In this document: positions 1-8,633 of the stretch, piece after piece | Layout: each line of letters opens with the position of its first letter | Position numbering within the stretch: the first letter of the stretch is position 1 | Origin: a virus | Lineage: Duplodnaviria > Caudoviricetes | Direction: 5' to 3' (one strand) | DNA length: 28,752 nt | IMG/VR virus record: IMGVR_UViG_3300043296_000049 | Location: 1 to 28,752 of that record | Notes under the pieces: generated by a model | Seen by the model: the letters and a program-made list of their open reading frames with translations, nothing else | What the model was told of the DNA's origin: nothing | Databases searched by the model: none | Program-made: the position numbers and the translations under genes

Positions 1-226
1 CTTTCCAATTGTCATAGTCCATTGGGTCAGGCACATCTTGCCCCAACGCATCGACTCCGCCAAACACGCCGCTCGCCCACTGCTGCCACTCAGCTGGATC
101 GTCCAGTCGGGGGTAGTTGGGATCGGATCCATTCTGGTCGCTGGAAAAAAACTCCAGCTCACCAGTCATCCGGTCAGCCCACTGGATCACCTCACTGTCA
201 GCGAAGCCTCGGGGATCGATGATCAT
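1..226 (-). CDS. Hypothetical phage protein, 3' end truncated by window edge (MIIDPRGFADSEVIQWADRM...PDPMDYDNWK)
   Basis: Not in the ORF track; translated by hand. ATG at 226 overlaps the TGA of the upstream gene (ATGA), and the frame stays open to the window edge. Confidence 0.8.
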   Translation of the reverse strand, partial: MIIDPRGFADSEVIQWADRMTGELEFFSSDQNGSDPNYPRLDDPAEWQQWASGVFGGVDALGQDVPDPMDYDNWK

Positions 227-1779
227 GACTCGACCCTTCCGTCGGCTGGTTCAATGTGCGCGTAGGTCTTGCCCTGTTCGAAGTTGCCTCCGCCTGTGTT
301 CGACTCAAACTTGAAGCTCATCAGCCGCCGGATGTCTTTAAATTTAACAGTTTCTTCGTCGCTTGCCGAAGGTGTCGCAAAAATCGTCTCCGGATCTGAC
401 GTCACGACGCTGGCTTTAGCGTTCGCACGACCCTTAACTTGCACCGTCATGTCACCTGCCTGCACGAAGTCGGGTTCGATCCGTGCAACACGCAGAGACT
501 TGTTCGCGTCGCCTTGGTCAAGCAACGCAAACTCATGTGTTTCGAACGACGCGCGCACCGCACTGATGTTACTCAAACGGATCTTGTCGAACGCAGTCTC
601 GTGCTGCCACAGTGTGCGACCTGCACCGGAGACGATCTCGTTGTCCACCATGAAGGGACGCTGATACACATCGGCGTAGATGCCTGCGCAACGTCCCTGA
701 TTGAGGTCATCGCTGTCAGGCAACGCAGTGTCGAACCAGTAACCTTCGCGCACGTTGTAAACAACTGCATGCGTGCACTCGGTTGCATTGCCTCTTGGAT
801 AACACCACCACAGCTCACCGTAGCGAGGGATCTTCATGCCGAAACATTTTTGCCGCTCGCGGAAGTTGATGTTGTCGAAGAACCAATTCTGATTCAGGTT
901 GTTGGGAACCTCTCGCACGACACCGTTGAACATGTACCACCGATCCACTCCGGGCCAGTAGTAAATGCCATCCATTTCAATGACGCCCTGAGAACTCATG
1001 ATGGTCATGCCACGAGCAATAACGTCGTACGCGAAGTCAGGTTGACCACCTCCACCACCGGGGATGAAAGTGGCGCGAATAAGAATGTCCAGTCCCCAGA
1101 ACAATGCTGCGGGACCTTGCCCAGCTCCACGCAGCGGCATGCCCTTCACGATCTTCTGCGTACCAATATTTATAGCGACCGGTGCCAACGTAAGATTGTT
1201 AGGTTGTGACTGAAGGATGAGTCCCTTACTGCCGTAAGTCCACGTGAACACGCCACTCACGACGACGCCACCACTGGTTGCTTCGGAAGCGTTGTAATCA
1301 GCGTGCAGACCTGTGGTGTTAAGGATGGTCGTCGCATCGACGGTGTCAATGTACAGAGTACCGTTGACGGAGTTGTCGATGTTCGCTGCGTTCTCTGCAA
1401 CGTGCGCCATCAGCAAATGATTACCGGTACCACCCGTGTCGGCGAAGATGTCGAACTGCCACAGGTTGTTGAGATCTGCATTGAATCCTGCAGGCGTGCG
1501 ATCACTGAACAGGTTAAGCGAACCGTTCGACACTTGGTACTGCCCGATGGTATTCGGATGACCAAGATGTAAGTACTGGATGTCGTCTGCAGAGAACGAA
1601 GCTATGCCGCGAGTAATCTCCGGCACCGTGTCGGTGACCTGCTGATAGCCGCCAATCTTTTTTGGTTTGCCACGCTGGAACCTGCACCACTGACCATCGA
1701 GGTAGTGCTCGCTGTCGAAACGCGTCCCGTCCCGTTTAATTCCGGGAGCAGACGCTAGCAATGCAGGTTGTTCAGGCAT
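223..1779 (-). CDS. Tail tubular protein B / nozzle-like (P22 gp10-like DNA stabilisation) virion protein, 518 aa
   Basis: N-terminal PGIKRDGT..YLDGQWCRFQRGKPKKIGGY and beta-rich repeats (GIYYWPGVDRWYMFNGVV, ELWWCYP, AVVYN..EGYW). Lies downstream of adaptor and fibre genes. Confidence 0.7.
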   Translation of the reverse strand: MPEQPALLASAPGIKRDGTRFDSEHYLDGQWCRFQRGKPKKIGGYQQVTDTVPEITRGIASFSADDIQYLHLGHPNTIGQYQVSNGSLNLFSDRTPAGFNADLNNLWQFDIFADTGGTGNHLLMAHVAENAANIDNSVNGTLYIDTVDATTILNTTGLHADYNASEATSGGVVVSGVFTWTYGSKGLILQSQPNNLTLAPVAINIGTQKIVKGMPLRGAGQGPAALFWGLDILIRATFIPGGGGGQPDFAYDVIARGMTIMSSQGVIEMDGIYYWPGVDRWYMFNGVVREVPNNLNQNWFFDNINFRERQKCFGMKIPRYGELWWCYPRGNATECTHAVVYNVREGYWFDTALPDSDDLNQGRCAGIYADVYQRPFMVDNEIVSGAGRTLWQHETAFDKIRLSNISAVRASFETHEFALLDQGDANKSLRVARIEPDFVQAGDMTVQVKGRANAKASVVTSDPETIFATPSASDEETVKFKDIRRLMSFKFESNTGGGNFEQGKTYAHIEPADGRVES

Positions 1780-1789
1780 TAAAGGTCAC

Positions 1790-4078
1790 TCATGAGATGT
1801 TGTCGTTCTCCGAGACTTCAAAGAAGGAAGGCTGGAGGATCGTAGTGTTCACAGCACTGGCTGTGTTCTGTGCAAACTGCAAAGCGAGAGTTCCCGCCAG
1901 CGTAGCGTGTGACTCAAAGGTAAACTCAATCAGCACACAGTTTGTCCCTGTCTCCATCGTGGTGATGTTGATTTCATTAAAGGCACTCAGCTCTACGTCT
2001 GTCTCTACCGTGCTGACGGCAGACGTGGACGTCCATATGGCAAACCCTGTTTCTTCCGGTGTCTGGCTATAGTCCAGAGCGAACTTAATGTCAGCCACTG
2101 TGGTTGAAGACCAGAAGATGGTCGCCTTGCATTTATAACGTCGAGCGGGAGCGATGTGGTAGTTAGATAAGTTGCCGATGTTAGCGAGGACATCGTCGTT
2201 ATTCATTACATCAAGAGCAAGAGTAGCTCTGCGCTGCATCCCATCAATCCTGTAGTCATTACCAGAATCATCCTCAAAGTGCATCGTGTTCGGATTCGTG
2301 CCGACTACATTGGGACCATCACTCCAAAGCTGACCAAACCCTCCAACCTGTGCTTCAGGACCACCCGACCGCTCGCCTAAGAAGATAGACCCATTCGTGA
2401 ACCTCCAAATCTCATCGGTCTGGAAGTGGAAGATAGTGCCACCGGAGGAAACGAGGAAAGCAGTCCCCCCTCCTACGAACAGTTCTACTTGATCAGCTCC
2501 ACTCGATGCGATGAAGCTTTGACCGTTGTTAGTTTTAATATCTCCCGCTACACCAATTTCAATGTTTCCTCCAGCATCAACCCAACCACCAGAGCCATCC
2601 CCCTTCAGCAGACGACCGAGTGCTGCGCTCGCTCCGACATCGCTGCCGGGAATCGTGATTGTCTTCGTCGAACCGACACCACTTGCCGTTACACCTGCCC
2701 CTACGAAGTCGAGCGTGTCTGCCAACGTCGCTAACGGCACACCTTCGTCTTCAATGGTGATACCCGGCGAGGCCAGATCGACGATGTCTTGAATCGTCGC
2801 TTTGTACGTCAGATTGTCATCGATGTCCTCGAACGCAATGAAGTCACCTACGACAGGTGTTGGTGTCACGTTCGCACTGTTGATGTCGAGGATGAGCGTG
2901 CGGTCTCCTGTTAGGTCACCACCACCATCCAGTCCAGCACCTGTATTGATCAATCGGCCTTCAGGAGGTACTTCCAAGTTGATTTGTGCACCACCGGGAG
3001 TCGTCGCACCCGTGCCACCCTGTCCAACGGTGATCGGGAACGCCACACTGGTGGATGACGTTGCGTTGATCACGTCGGTAGCATCGGAGTAAAGGATTAC
3101 GCTTTGCCCTTGCGGGACAGTTATCCCGGCACCAGCAACTGTGCTGACCTCCAGCGAAAAGGCACCGCTCGTCTGGTTGTCTGCCCAGTACTGCTGCGTC
3201 GTATTCGGTACGACGATGCGTCGGTTACCCGTCAGTGCGCCCGTGAATCGATACGAGATCCTGTCGAGGTTCGCACCAGAGAGCACGAAGTCACCAGAGC
3301 CCGGTACCGCAAGCGACACGAAGTCGAACGCGATGACCGAAGCGACCGTCAGACCGATGGTGTACCAGTCAACGCCGTCCGTGAAGATGAACGTACTGCC
3401 ATTCGGATCGAGGTTAAGACTCGATGCTCCATCGATGTCGCCAGACGGAGGTACGATGTTGAGCGTACCGCTGCCGGAGTTGCGCAGCATAAAGAACCAG
3501 TTGTTGCCAATGTCAACCGCTCCCGCACTCGGCAAGTTACAGGTGCCTGCACCTGCGATGTAGATGAGACACTTCGCTCGATCACCAGTGACCACGGTAA
3601 ATGGTGTCGCAGCTTCCTCATCCGAATCAATAATCTGGTTGAGTTGTGAGCCGTCAGCTTCGAGTCCATCACCTGCTAACACGGAAGCAGACGCTGGGGT
3701 GGCTGCATTGCCCCCCAAAAGGAACGTGGTCCACAAGCCCATGTCCGTGGTGTTGTCAGTCAGTATGATGACCCACTGCTCACCGGGCTGCACATCTTGA
3801 ATCGTGCCGCCTGTGACATCACGCACAGTGAACGTGTTCCCGCCAACGTTATTGAACGTCGCCTTATTACCCAGCGAGGTGTTCCTCGCGTCGGGCATGT
3901 CTATGTTGAGTGCCGGAGCCGTAGTGTTGACATCCATGACATCCGCAACGACGTCGCCGCCTGTGATCTGCTGCTCAGTCGGCCATTGCAAAACAACATC
4001 GATGGCTGTTTCGAGTTCGAGATAACTGACCCTCGATGGGAAGATCAGGTTGCCTCCAAATACGTCGGTATAAGACAT
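1790..4078 (-). CDS. Tail fibre / large virion structural protein, 762 aa
   Basis: Gly/Thr/Asp-rich beta sequence with fibre-type motifs (ITVGQGGTGATT, TGAGLDGGGDLTGDRTL, FTGALTGNRRIVVP). Shares modules with other fibre genes in the window. Confidence 0.7.
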   Translation of the reverse strand: MSYTDVFGGNLIFPSRVSYLELETAIDVVLQWPTEQQITGGDVVADVMDVNTTAPALNIDMPDARNTSLGNKATFNNVGGNTFTVRDVTGGTIQDVQPGEQWVIILTDNTTDMGLWTTFLLGGNAATPASASVLAGDGLEADGSQLNQIIDSDEEAATPFTVVTGDRAKCLIYIAGAGTCNLPSAGAVDIGNNWFFMLRNSGSGTLNIVPPSGDIDGASSLNLDPNGSTFIFTDGVDWYTIGLTVASVIAFDFVSLAVPGSGDFVLSGANLDRISYRFTGALTGNRRIVVPNTTQQYWADNQTSGAFSLEVSTVAGAGITVPQGQSVILYSDATDVINATSSTSVAFPITVGQGGTGATTPGGAQINLEVPPEGRLINTGAGLDGGGDLTGDRTLILDINSANVTPTPVVGDFIAFEDIDDNLTYKATIQDIVDLASPGITIEDEGVPLATLADTLDFVGAGVTASGVGSTKTITIPGSDVGASAALGRLLKGDGSGGWVDAGGNIEIGVAGDIKTNNGQSFIASSGADQVELFVGGGTAFLVSSGGTIFHFQTDEIWRFTNGSIFLGERSGGPEAQVGGFGQLWSDGPNVVGTNPNTMHFEDDSGNDYRIDGMQRRATLALDVMNNDDVLANIGNLSNYHIAPARRYKCKATIFWSSTTVADIKFALDYSQTPEETGFAIWTSTSAVSTVETDVELSAFNEINITTMETGTNCVLIEFTFESHATLAGTLALQFAQNTASAVNTTILQPSFFEVSENDNIS
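2651..2761 (-). repeat. Fibre module A, copy 1 (ITIEDEGVPLATLADTLDFVGAGVTASGVGSTKTITI)
   Basis: 37-aa module also found at 8019..8129 and 12992..13102. Confidence 0.9.
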
Positions 4079-4722
4079 CAGACTGTATCCCTTGTGACTT
4101 GTCTATCGACGATACGTTTGATGTCTTGACCTTCGAGAATCGCAAGGTCCTTTTCGTAAATTTTTTCCCACACATCAATTCGTTCATCGTTCTTTAAAAA
4201 TGGAGTTGCCTGCAGGAGTGCACCATGAAGCAGGGCGTTCGGGGCAAAGTCCGTCGTCCAGTTCGTTTGGTTGGTGTTATCCAGTAGCGCAGGCAACTCC
4301 CAATAGTTCACCTCGAACGGATAAGCAAAATCCGCCGAGGGAACAATCAACCAGTTAAAGTAATCGTAGTCGGCATAGAATTTTGGCTGGGCTGTGAGTG
4401 CCTCATCAGGCCAATAACGCCGACAGTATTCATACGCGCGAGCAAACAGAGGGGTGCGTACCTGAGTAACGCCCACGCCGAAGTTGATGCTGATAGTGTC
4501 ACGCCAGCGATCAGGTTTCGGGATAACTGATTGTCCAACCCCCATGGTGTCCGTGACGACAGTAACGAAGCCAAGAATCTTCAGTCGGTTCGCCAGCTCC
4601 CGCTCTGCGAGATTAATCAGAGAGGGGAGCTGCTCGAATACTGTCGGATCCACACTCGTGCCTCGCTCCAGATATTTTCGGAGATCTTCTAAGAGCGAGT
4701 TGAATGTCATCGAAACAGCCAT
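4078..4722 (-). CDS. Head-tail adaptor / tail tubular protein A-like, 214 aa
   Basis: Motifs LINLAERELANRL, QPKFYA, TNWTTDFAPNALLHGALLQATPFLKNDERI are typical of podovirus adaptor-like proteins. Position in the tail module agrees. Confidence 0.7.
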   Translation of the reverse strand: MAVSMTFNSLLEDLRKYLERGTSVDPTVFEQLPSLINLAERELANRLKILGFVTVVTDTMGVGQSVIPKPDRWRDTISINFGVGVTQVRTPLFARAYEYCRRYWPDEALTAQPKFYADYDYFNWLIVPSADFAYPFEVNYWELPALLDNTNQTNWTTDFAPNALLHGALLQATPFLKNDERIDVWEKIYEKDLAILEGQDIKRIVDRQVTRDTV

Positions 4723-4732
4723 GGGTTACTCC

Positions 4733-5158
4733 TTACGCGTTGGGATCGACGACTGGGTTGTCATCATCCGGCAGCGTATCTTCTGCGGGTGAAGCTGGTT
4801 CAGAGTCAACGGTGTCGGTTGGTACTTCGTCGTCCACAGTTTCTTCCGGCTCTTCTTCTTCAAGAAGTTCCTCCTTCGCTGCCTGCAGACGCGCGTGTGC
4901 ATCGTCAGACCTTGCACGCATGACAGCCCACTCACTGTCATTGGGTGGCCTACCTTGCGCAGCCATGTCTTCGATGGTTTTGGTGAACACTTTGAGTTCG
5001 TCGAGAGCATCATCACCTTGTGAAATTAAAGCGCCGAGTATGCCGAGTAGCTCGGAGGCTTGGCCGAACTTTACGCTGCTGCCACCACCCAATGCAGGGT
5101 TGGACAACACCGTACTCAGACCATTGATTGCGAGTATTGCTAGTGAGATTGGATCCAT
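4733..5158 (-). CDS. Hypothetical protein, 141 aa, hydrophobic N-terminus and acidic tail (possible lysis accessory)
   Basis: SD GGAG upstream; begins 2 nt after the lipoprotein stop codon. Confidence 0.7.
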   Translation of the reverse strand: MDPISLAILAINGLSTVLSNPALGGGSSVKFGQASELLGILGALISQGDDALDELKVFTKTIEDMAAQGRPPNDSEWAVMRARSDDAHARLQAAKEELLEEEEPEETVDDEVPTDTVDSEPASPAEDTLPDDDNPVVDPNA

Positions 5159-5160
5159 TG

Positions 5161-5571
5161 TTATTGTGCTCCTTTGATGTTTCGAATTATTTCATTTATC
5201 AGGGGAGCTAACTCTGTAATCCAACCGTCAAGTTCCCTCGACGCGCTGAGTAAGCGCTGTTCGCTTGTTTCTCCCGCGTCGAATTCGCCCTTAATAATTA
5301 GAAATGCCGTGTAAGCGTCCAACAAACTGTCGGCCACCGGCTTCGCTCGTTCCTCTGCCTGAATGATGCGTAGTTTTACACCGCGAGGGATGGCTGGATC
5401 TTCAACAAGATCAGCAGCCGTCTCCTGTACGATGACAAACGTGCCGTAAGCAGCATATGCTCGCTGCTCAGATGTTTCCGCTGCCGCAATGGGATTTGCA
5501 GTCTGACATCCTGCAAGAGCAAAGAGCCAAAGCATCAACCATGCGTAGCGGTAGTCGAGTTTCCTCACCAT
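5161..5571 (-). CDS. Putative lipoprotein (spanin-like candidate), 136 aa
   Basis: Start re-called to MVRKL (GGAGGT SD 7 nt upstream). Signal peptide MVRKLDYRYAWLMLWLFA followed by lipobox LAG-C. Follows the holin and endolysin. Confidence 0.75.
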   Translation of the reverse strand: MVRKLDYRYAWLMLWLFALAGCQTANPIAAAETSEQRAYAAYGTFVIVQETAADLVEDPAIPRGVKLRIIQAEERAKPVADSLLDAYTAFLIIKGEFDAGETSEQRLLSASRELDGWITELAPLINEIIRNIKGAQ

Positions 5572-5572
5572 A

Positions 5573-5803
5573 CTAAATACCTCCATCCCCGGTGCCTGAG
5601 ATTTTGTTCACCGTACGCCGCACCGTGAGCGCTTGGTAATCTTTAAAGAATGCTACTGCTGCACCACCGACAAGAGAGACCCACGTCGCTGTCGTTAGAT
5701 CGGCGAACGTCAGATCTGGATTGCTGGTGAACAGCGTTACGACGCTTGATCCAAACAGAATCAGCGCTGCAATGAGTGCTCCTGTGAGAGTGTTAATGTT
5801 CAT
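5573..5803 (-). CDS. Putative holin, 76 aa, two TM segments
   Basis: Start re-called to MNINT (GGAGG upstream). Two hydrophobic stretches and a basic C-terminus (VRRTVNK). Overlaps the end of the endolysin gene. Confidence 0.65.
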   Translation of the reverse strand: MNINTLTGALIAALILFGSSVVTLFTSNPDLTFADLTTATWVSLVGGAAVAFFKDYQALTVRRTVNKISGTGDGGI

Positions 5804-6251
5804 GTCCCTTCCTCCAGTTATTGATGTACTCGTCCGTCGTGCCACGTCCGAGATCTGTGTTGTAGTGCTCCTTCCAGTAAGTAGCCTGATGTTTCAGGTC
5901 ACCTGCTTGCGGAAGTGGAGCGCGCACACGCCTGTAATGCACACGACACATCGCAACTGCGTATTTCAAATTCCAGATCAGCTCTCGCGAATCCGGGCCT
6001 CCGATCTCAGACACAGCTGCTGCTAGCCTGTCACGGAACTGCAGGTAGTTATTCCAAATGTCATCATGCGTTGCGGGTTCCATCTGGCACACGCCCAACG
6101 CTGGACCGCTGCCCAGCTGCTTGATGTAAATAAGTCTCGACTCTTGAAGACATGTGCCCAGCACCAGCTCGGAAGCTGCTGTCGAATACAAGCCCAGATC
6201 TTCGAGAGTCGGCTCGATGATCAGGTCAATAAATTGTTCGCGATCAATCAC
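5793..6251 (-). CDS. Endolysin, lysozyme-like / lytic transglycosylase fold, 152 aa
   Basis: Catalytic-type QES motif followed by GPALGVCQM, plus YWKEHYNT. Flanked by membrane-protein genes. Confidence 0.75.
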   Translation of the reverse strand: MIDREQFIDLIIEPTLEDLGLYSTAASELVLGTCLQESRLIYIKQLGSGPALGVCQMEPATHDDIWNNYLQFRDRLAAAVSEIGGPDSRELIWNLKYAVAMCRVHYRRVRAPLPQAGDLKHQATYWKEHYNTDLGRGTTDEYINNWRKGHEH

Positions 6252-6595
6252 GAAGTGTCTTCCGTTTTCAATTCTGCTCTCGCTTCTTGCAACGCTTCCA
6301 GCTCAATCTGCAGATCAGTCAGATACTCTGCGTCCTCTGACTCCCAGTCCGTGTCCTGACGCTGCCGGAACTTCAACGCTGCGATCTCTTTGCGCAGCGA
6401 ATTGATGTCACGTGTCAGCAGCACCGAGAACGCAGACTTAATTGGCTGCGCCTGATCCTGTGCGATCTGCTTGAAGTCTTCAGCCAATGCATTGGAGATG
6501 AGTGGCTTGCCGACGTACCACAGAACGGGGATCAGGACCGCAAGAGACGCAACGGTACTAAAAATTGTGCTTACTGAAACTTCTCTTGCAGCCAT
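6248..6595 (-). CDS. Membrane-anchored coiled-coil protein, 115 aa (holin/antiholin/i-spanin-like)
   Basis: N-terminal TM (IFSTVASLAVLIPVLWYV) and heptad-like C-terminus; GGAGGA SD; ATGA overlap with the endolysin gene. Confidence 0.65.
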   Translation of the reverse strand: MAAREVSVSTIFSTVASLAVLIPVLWYVGKPLISNALAEDFKQIAQDQAQPIKSAFSVLLTRDINSLRKEIAALKFRQRQDTDWESEDAEYLTDLQIELEALQEARAELKTEDTS

Positions 6596-6606
6596 AATCC
6601 TCTTCC

Positions 6607-6924
6607 TTACGCTTCAGGCTTTGGGTCTTCAGCGCTTTCGTTTGCGGCCTTTCCTTCTTCCCCGCTTGGGCCTTGGTCCCCTTGGGGTGGGGTTTCCACG
6701 GGAGCCATGGGGGGCTTTGGGTCACCTCCTCCAGAATTTTCCGGCTGCGGTTGTGCAAGCACAACTTCACCTTGTGCCAGTGCCTGCAGCATCCCTTCGA
6801 GGACACCCAGTGCGCCGGATTTTGCCACCGACAGTGGCACCGGTAGATCATCTACCTGTAACAACTTCACACCCGCTGCCGCAGCCATCTGAATCTGGAC
6901 TGGACTTACTTCTTGCTTTGCCAT
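6607..6924 (-). CDS. Hypothetical protein, 105 aa, Pro/Glu-rich disordered tail
   Basis: Start re-called to MAKQEV (AGGAG SD); fills the gap within the operon. Confidence 0.7.
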   Translation of the reverse strand: MAKQEVSPVQIQMAAAAGVKLLQVDDLPVPLSVAKSGALGVLEGMLQALAQGEVVLAQPQPENSGGGDPKPPMAPVETPPQGDQGPSGEEGKAANESAEDPKPEA

Positions 6925-6963
6925 TTCTTTTTCTCCTAAGTTAAGGCTTTCGCCCACGTAAAA

Positions 6964-7428
6964 TTAAGGTCCTTCGATAACTTCCATCGTATTAGTCGCT
7001 GTCGTAATCTCAACCATAGTGCCCGCGTCTCGTATCCGAAGAATTCCATCAGGTATTTCCGGAGGTCCGCCAACTGGGTTGTTGACTTCGTACTGCCACT
7101 CGGGACCAGAGCCAAGTCCGCTACCTGCCACCCACACATTGATCTGAGTGAACGCTAGGTTTGGCGCGAAAGCACCTTGCTGATCCCACATGAAATCGTA
7201 ATCGTTCTGATCAAAGCCAGCACCCGTGTAAAATGTGCCGATCTGAAATCCGGGTCCAAGCTGATCTGATTGTCTGACCTCTCCGGTGTTGAAATCAAAG
7301 ATAATTCCGATCTGTGCAGGGTCATCAAACGTCTGTCGGGTTTGATCGTATGCTCCTGCATTGAACTGGATCACAAGAGGAGCAGCCCCCTTCTGTGCCA
7401 GTGAAAATTTTCGTTGAAGCAATGACAT
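6964..7428 (-). CDS. Putative fibre tip / partner protein, 154 aa
   Basis: Start MSLLQ overlaps the stop of the upstream fibre gene (TAATG). Beta-rich; the C-terminus resembles that of 26116..26904. Confidence 0.6.
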   Translation of the reverse strand: MSLLQRKFSLAQKGAAPLVIQFNAGAYDQTRQTFDDPAQIGIIFDFNTGEVRQSDQLGPGFQIGTFYTGAGFDQNDYDFMWDQQGAFAPNLAFTQINVWVAGSGLGSGPEWQYEVNNPVGGPPEIPDGILRIRDAGTMVEITTATNTMEVIEGP

Positions 7429-8273
7429 TAGCTTAGTCCTGCTCCTGCGATCTTCCACCTAGTTGCAGCGATCTTTTGTGCCACTGCTGCTCCACCTGCT
7501 GCCAATGATCTTGTACCGGTAGATGCGTCGTCCGCAAAGATCAACGTGTCGGTTGTGATTGCGATGCTAAACGGATTGACGCCGTCATTGTCCCAACCTA
7601 GGAGTGTTCCTATCGGATAAGCAACGGCACCGTTCGCAGGGATGGTCATTGTCTGGCCTGCATTAGCGCCAGTGAAACCAACCGTCTGACCCCTGTCACT
7701 TAAGATGCCAACCCGACTAACAGTTGTCGAAATGATCCCGGAGATTCCTGATCCCGCAGGCTCCGAATATGCACCCGTCTCATCGAGGTAATCTGTCGCT
7801 GCACCAGCAGAACTCAACACAACCCCGTTCGTTGGAGAATTGTAAACACCAGTCTCATTGAGGTAGTCGCTAGCAGCTCCTCCATCGTTCAACGTGACTC
7901 CGTTGACACTGACACCTGTGATTGCTGCGTCAAGGTTGACAACAGGATTGATTGGATCCCCAGCATTGACGCTGATATTTACTCCGCCAACGACCGAGTT
8001 AACCACCCCTCCACCGGAGATCGTGATTGTTTTCGTCGAACCTGCACCGCTCGCTACGACATTGGGACCGACAAAGTCCAGCGTCGTCGCTCCACCCGCA
8101 AGAGGAACACCTTCGTCCTCAATTACGATAGCGGAGGATATGTTTATATCGTCAGCCGCAATCTTACGACTGACTGTAATGCCAGCCTCGATGGTTTGCA
8201 CTTCGAAGAAACTGTTAGGTCCGTCCAACGGCAACGTCGCAAGTGGCAGACCTGAAATAAAGATGTTAGGCAT
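7428..8273 (-). CDS. Short fibre-like virion protein, 281 aa
   Basis: Start re-called to MPNIFISGLP (GAGG SD). Carries shared fibre modules and a C-terminal domain with TMTIPANGAVAYPIGT...KIAATRWKIAG. Confidence 0.7.
   Translation of the reverse strand: MPNIFISGLPLATLPLDGPNSFFEVQTIEAGITVSRKIAADDINISSAIVIEDEGVPLAGGATTLDFVGPNVVASGAGSTKTITISGGGVVNSVVGGVNISVNAGDPINPVVNLDAAITGVSVNGVTLNDGGAASDYLNETGVYNSPTNGVVLSSAGAATDYLDETGAYSEPAGSGISGIISTTVSRVGILSDRGQTVGFTGANAGQTMTIPANGAVAYPIGTLLGWDNDGVNPFSIAITTDTLIFADDASTGTRSLAAGGAAVAQKIAATRWKIAGAGLS
8019..8129 (-). repeat. Fibre module A, copy 2 (IVIEDEGVPLAGGATTLDFVGPNVVASGAGSTKTITI)
   Basis: Ungapped alignment to copies 1 and 3. Confidence 0.9.
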
Positions 8274-8631
8274 TATCGGCTTCCTCGTTTCCGTCAATTT
8301 CCGATTCTTCAAGCACACGTAGCCTGCCGTCTTCCGTTGCACGTGGGCTCTCACCGAAAGCTTCGCGCACACCACCGAGGAAGTTCACGTTCGGATCCGG
8401 ACCTCCTGTCGTCAGGTCTTGGTCGGGCCGATAGAACGGCAGCGTGATGCGATCAGCCTGACGCGGAGCCAGACGATATGGATCGTAGTCATCGAGATCA
8501 TCGATACAGACCTTGATCCCCGGACTGTTCGGGTCCGAATGCAAATCTTTCAAGAAAAACTTCCGCGAGCATCTCTGGCAAATGCCGATGCCGTAAGTTG
8601 AGTTGCCTGTTGGGTCTAAAAAAACTGGCAT
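8266..8631 (-). CDS. Small phage protein with CxxC...C motif (putative Zn-binding), 121 aa
   Basis: GICQRCSRKF...KVC..DLDDYDP...RPD; directly follows the adaptor gene. Confidence 0.75.
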   Translation of the reverse strand: MPVFLDPTGNSTYGIGICQRCSRKFFLKDLHSDPNSPGIKVCIDDLDDYDPYRLAPRQADRITLPFYRPDQDLTTGGPDPNVNFLGGVREAFGESPRATEDGRLRVLEESEIDGNEEADNA

Positions 8632-8633
8632 GA

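Noticed and set aside
7428-8375. Longer ORF-track starts (8375, 7458, 6957, 5845, 5586)
   Set aside because: Most overlap upstream genes. Downstream ATGs have better SD sequences or stop-start coupling.
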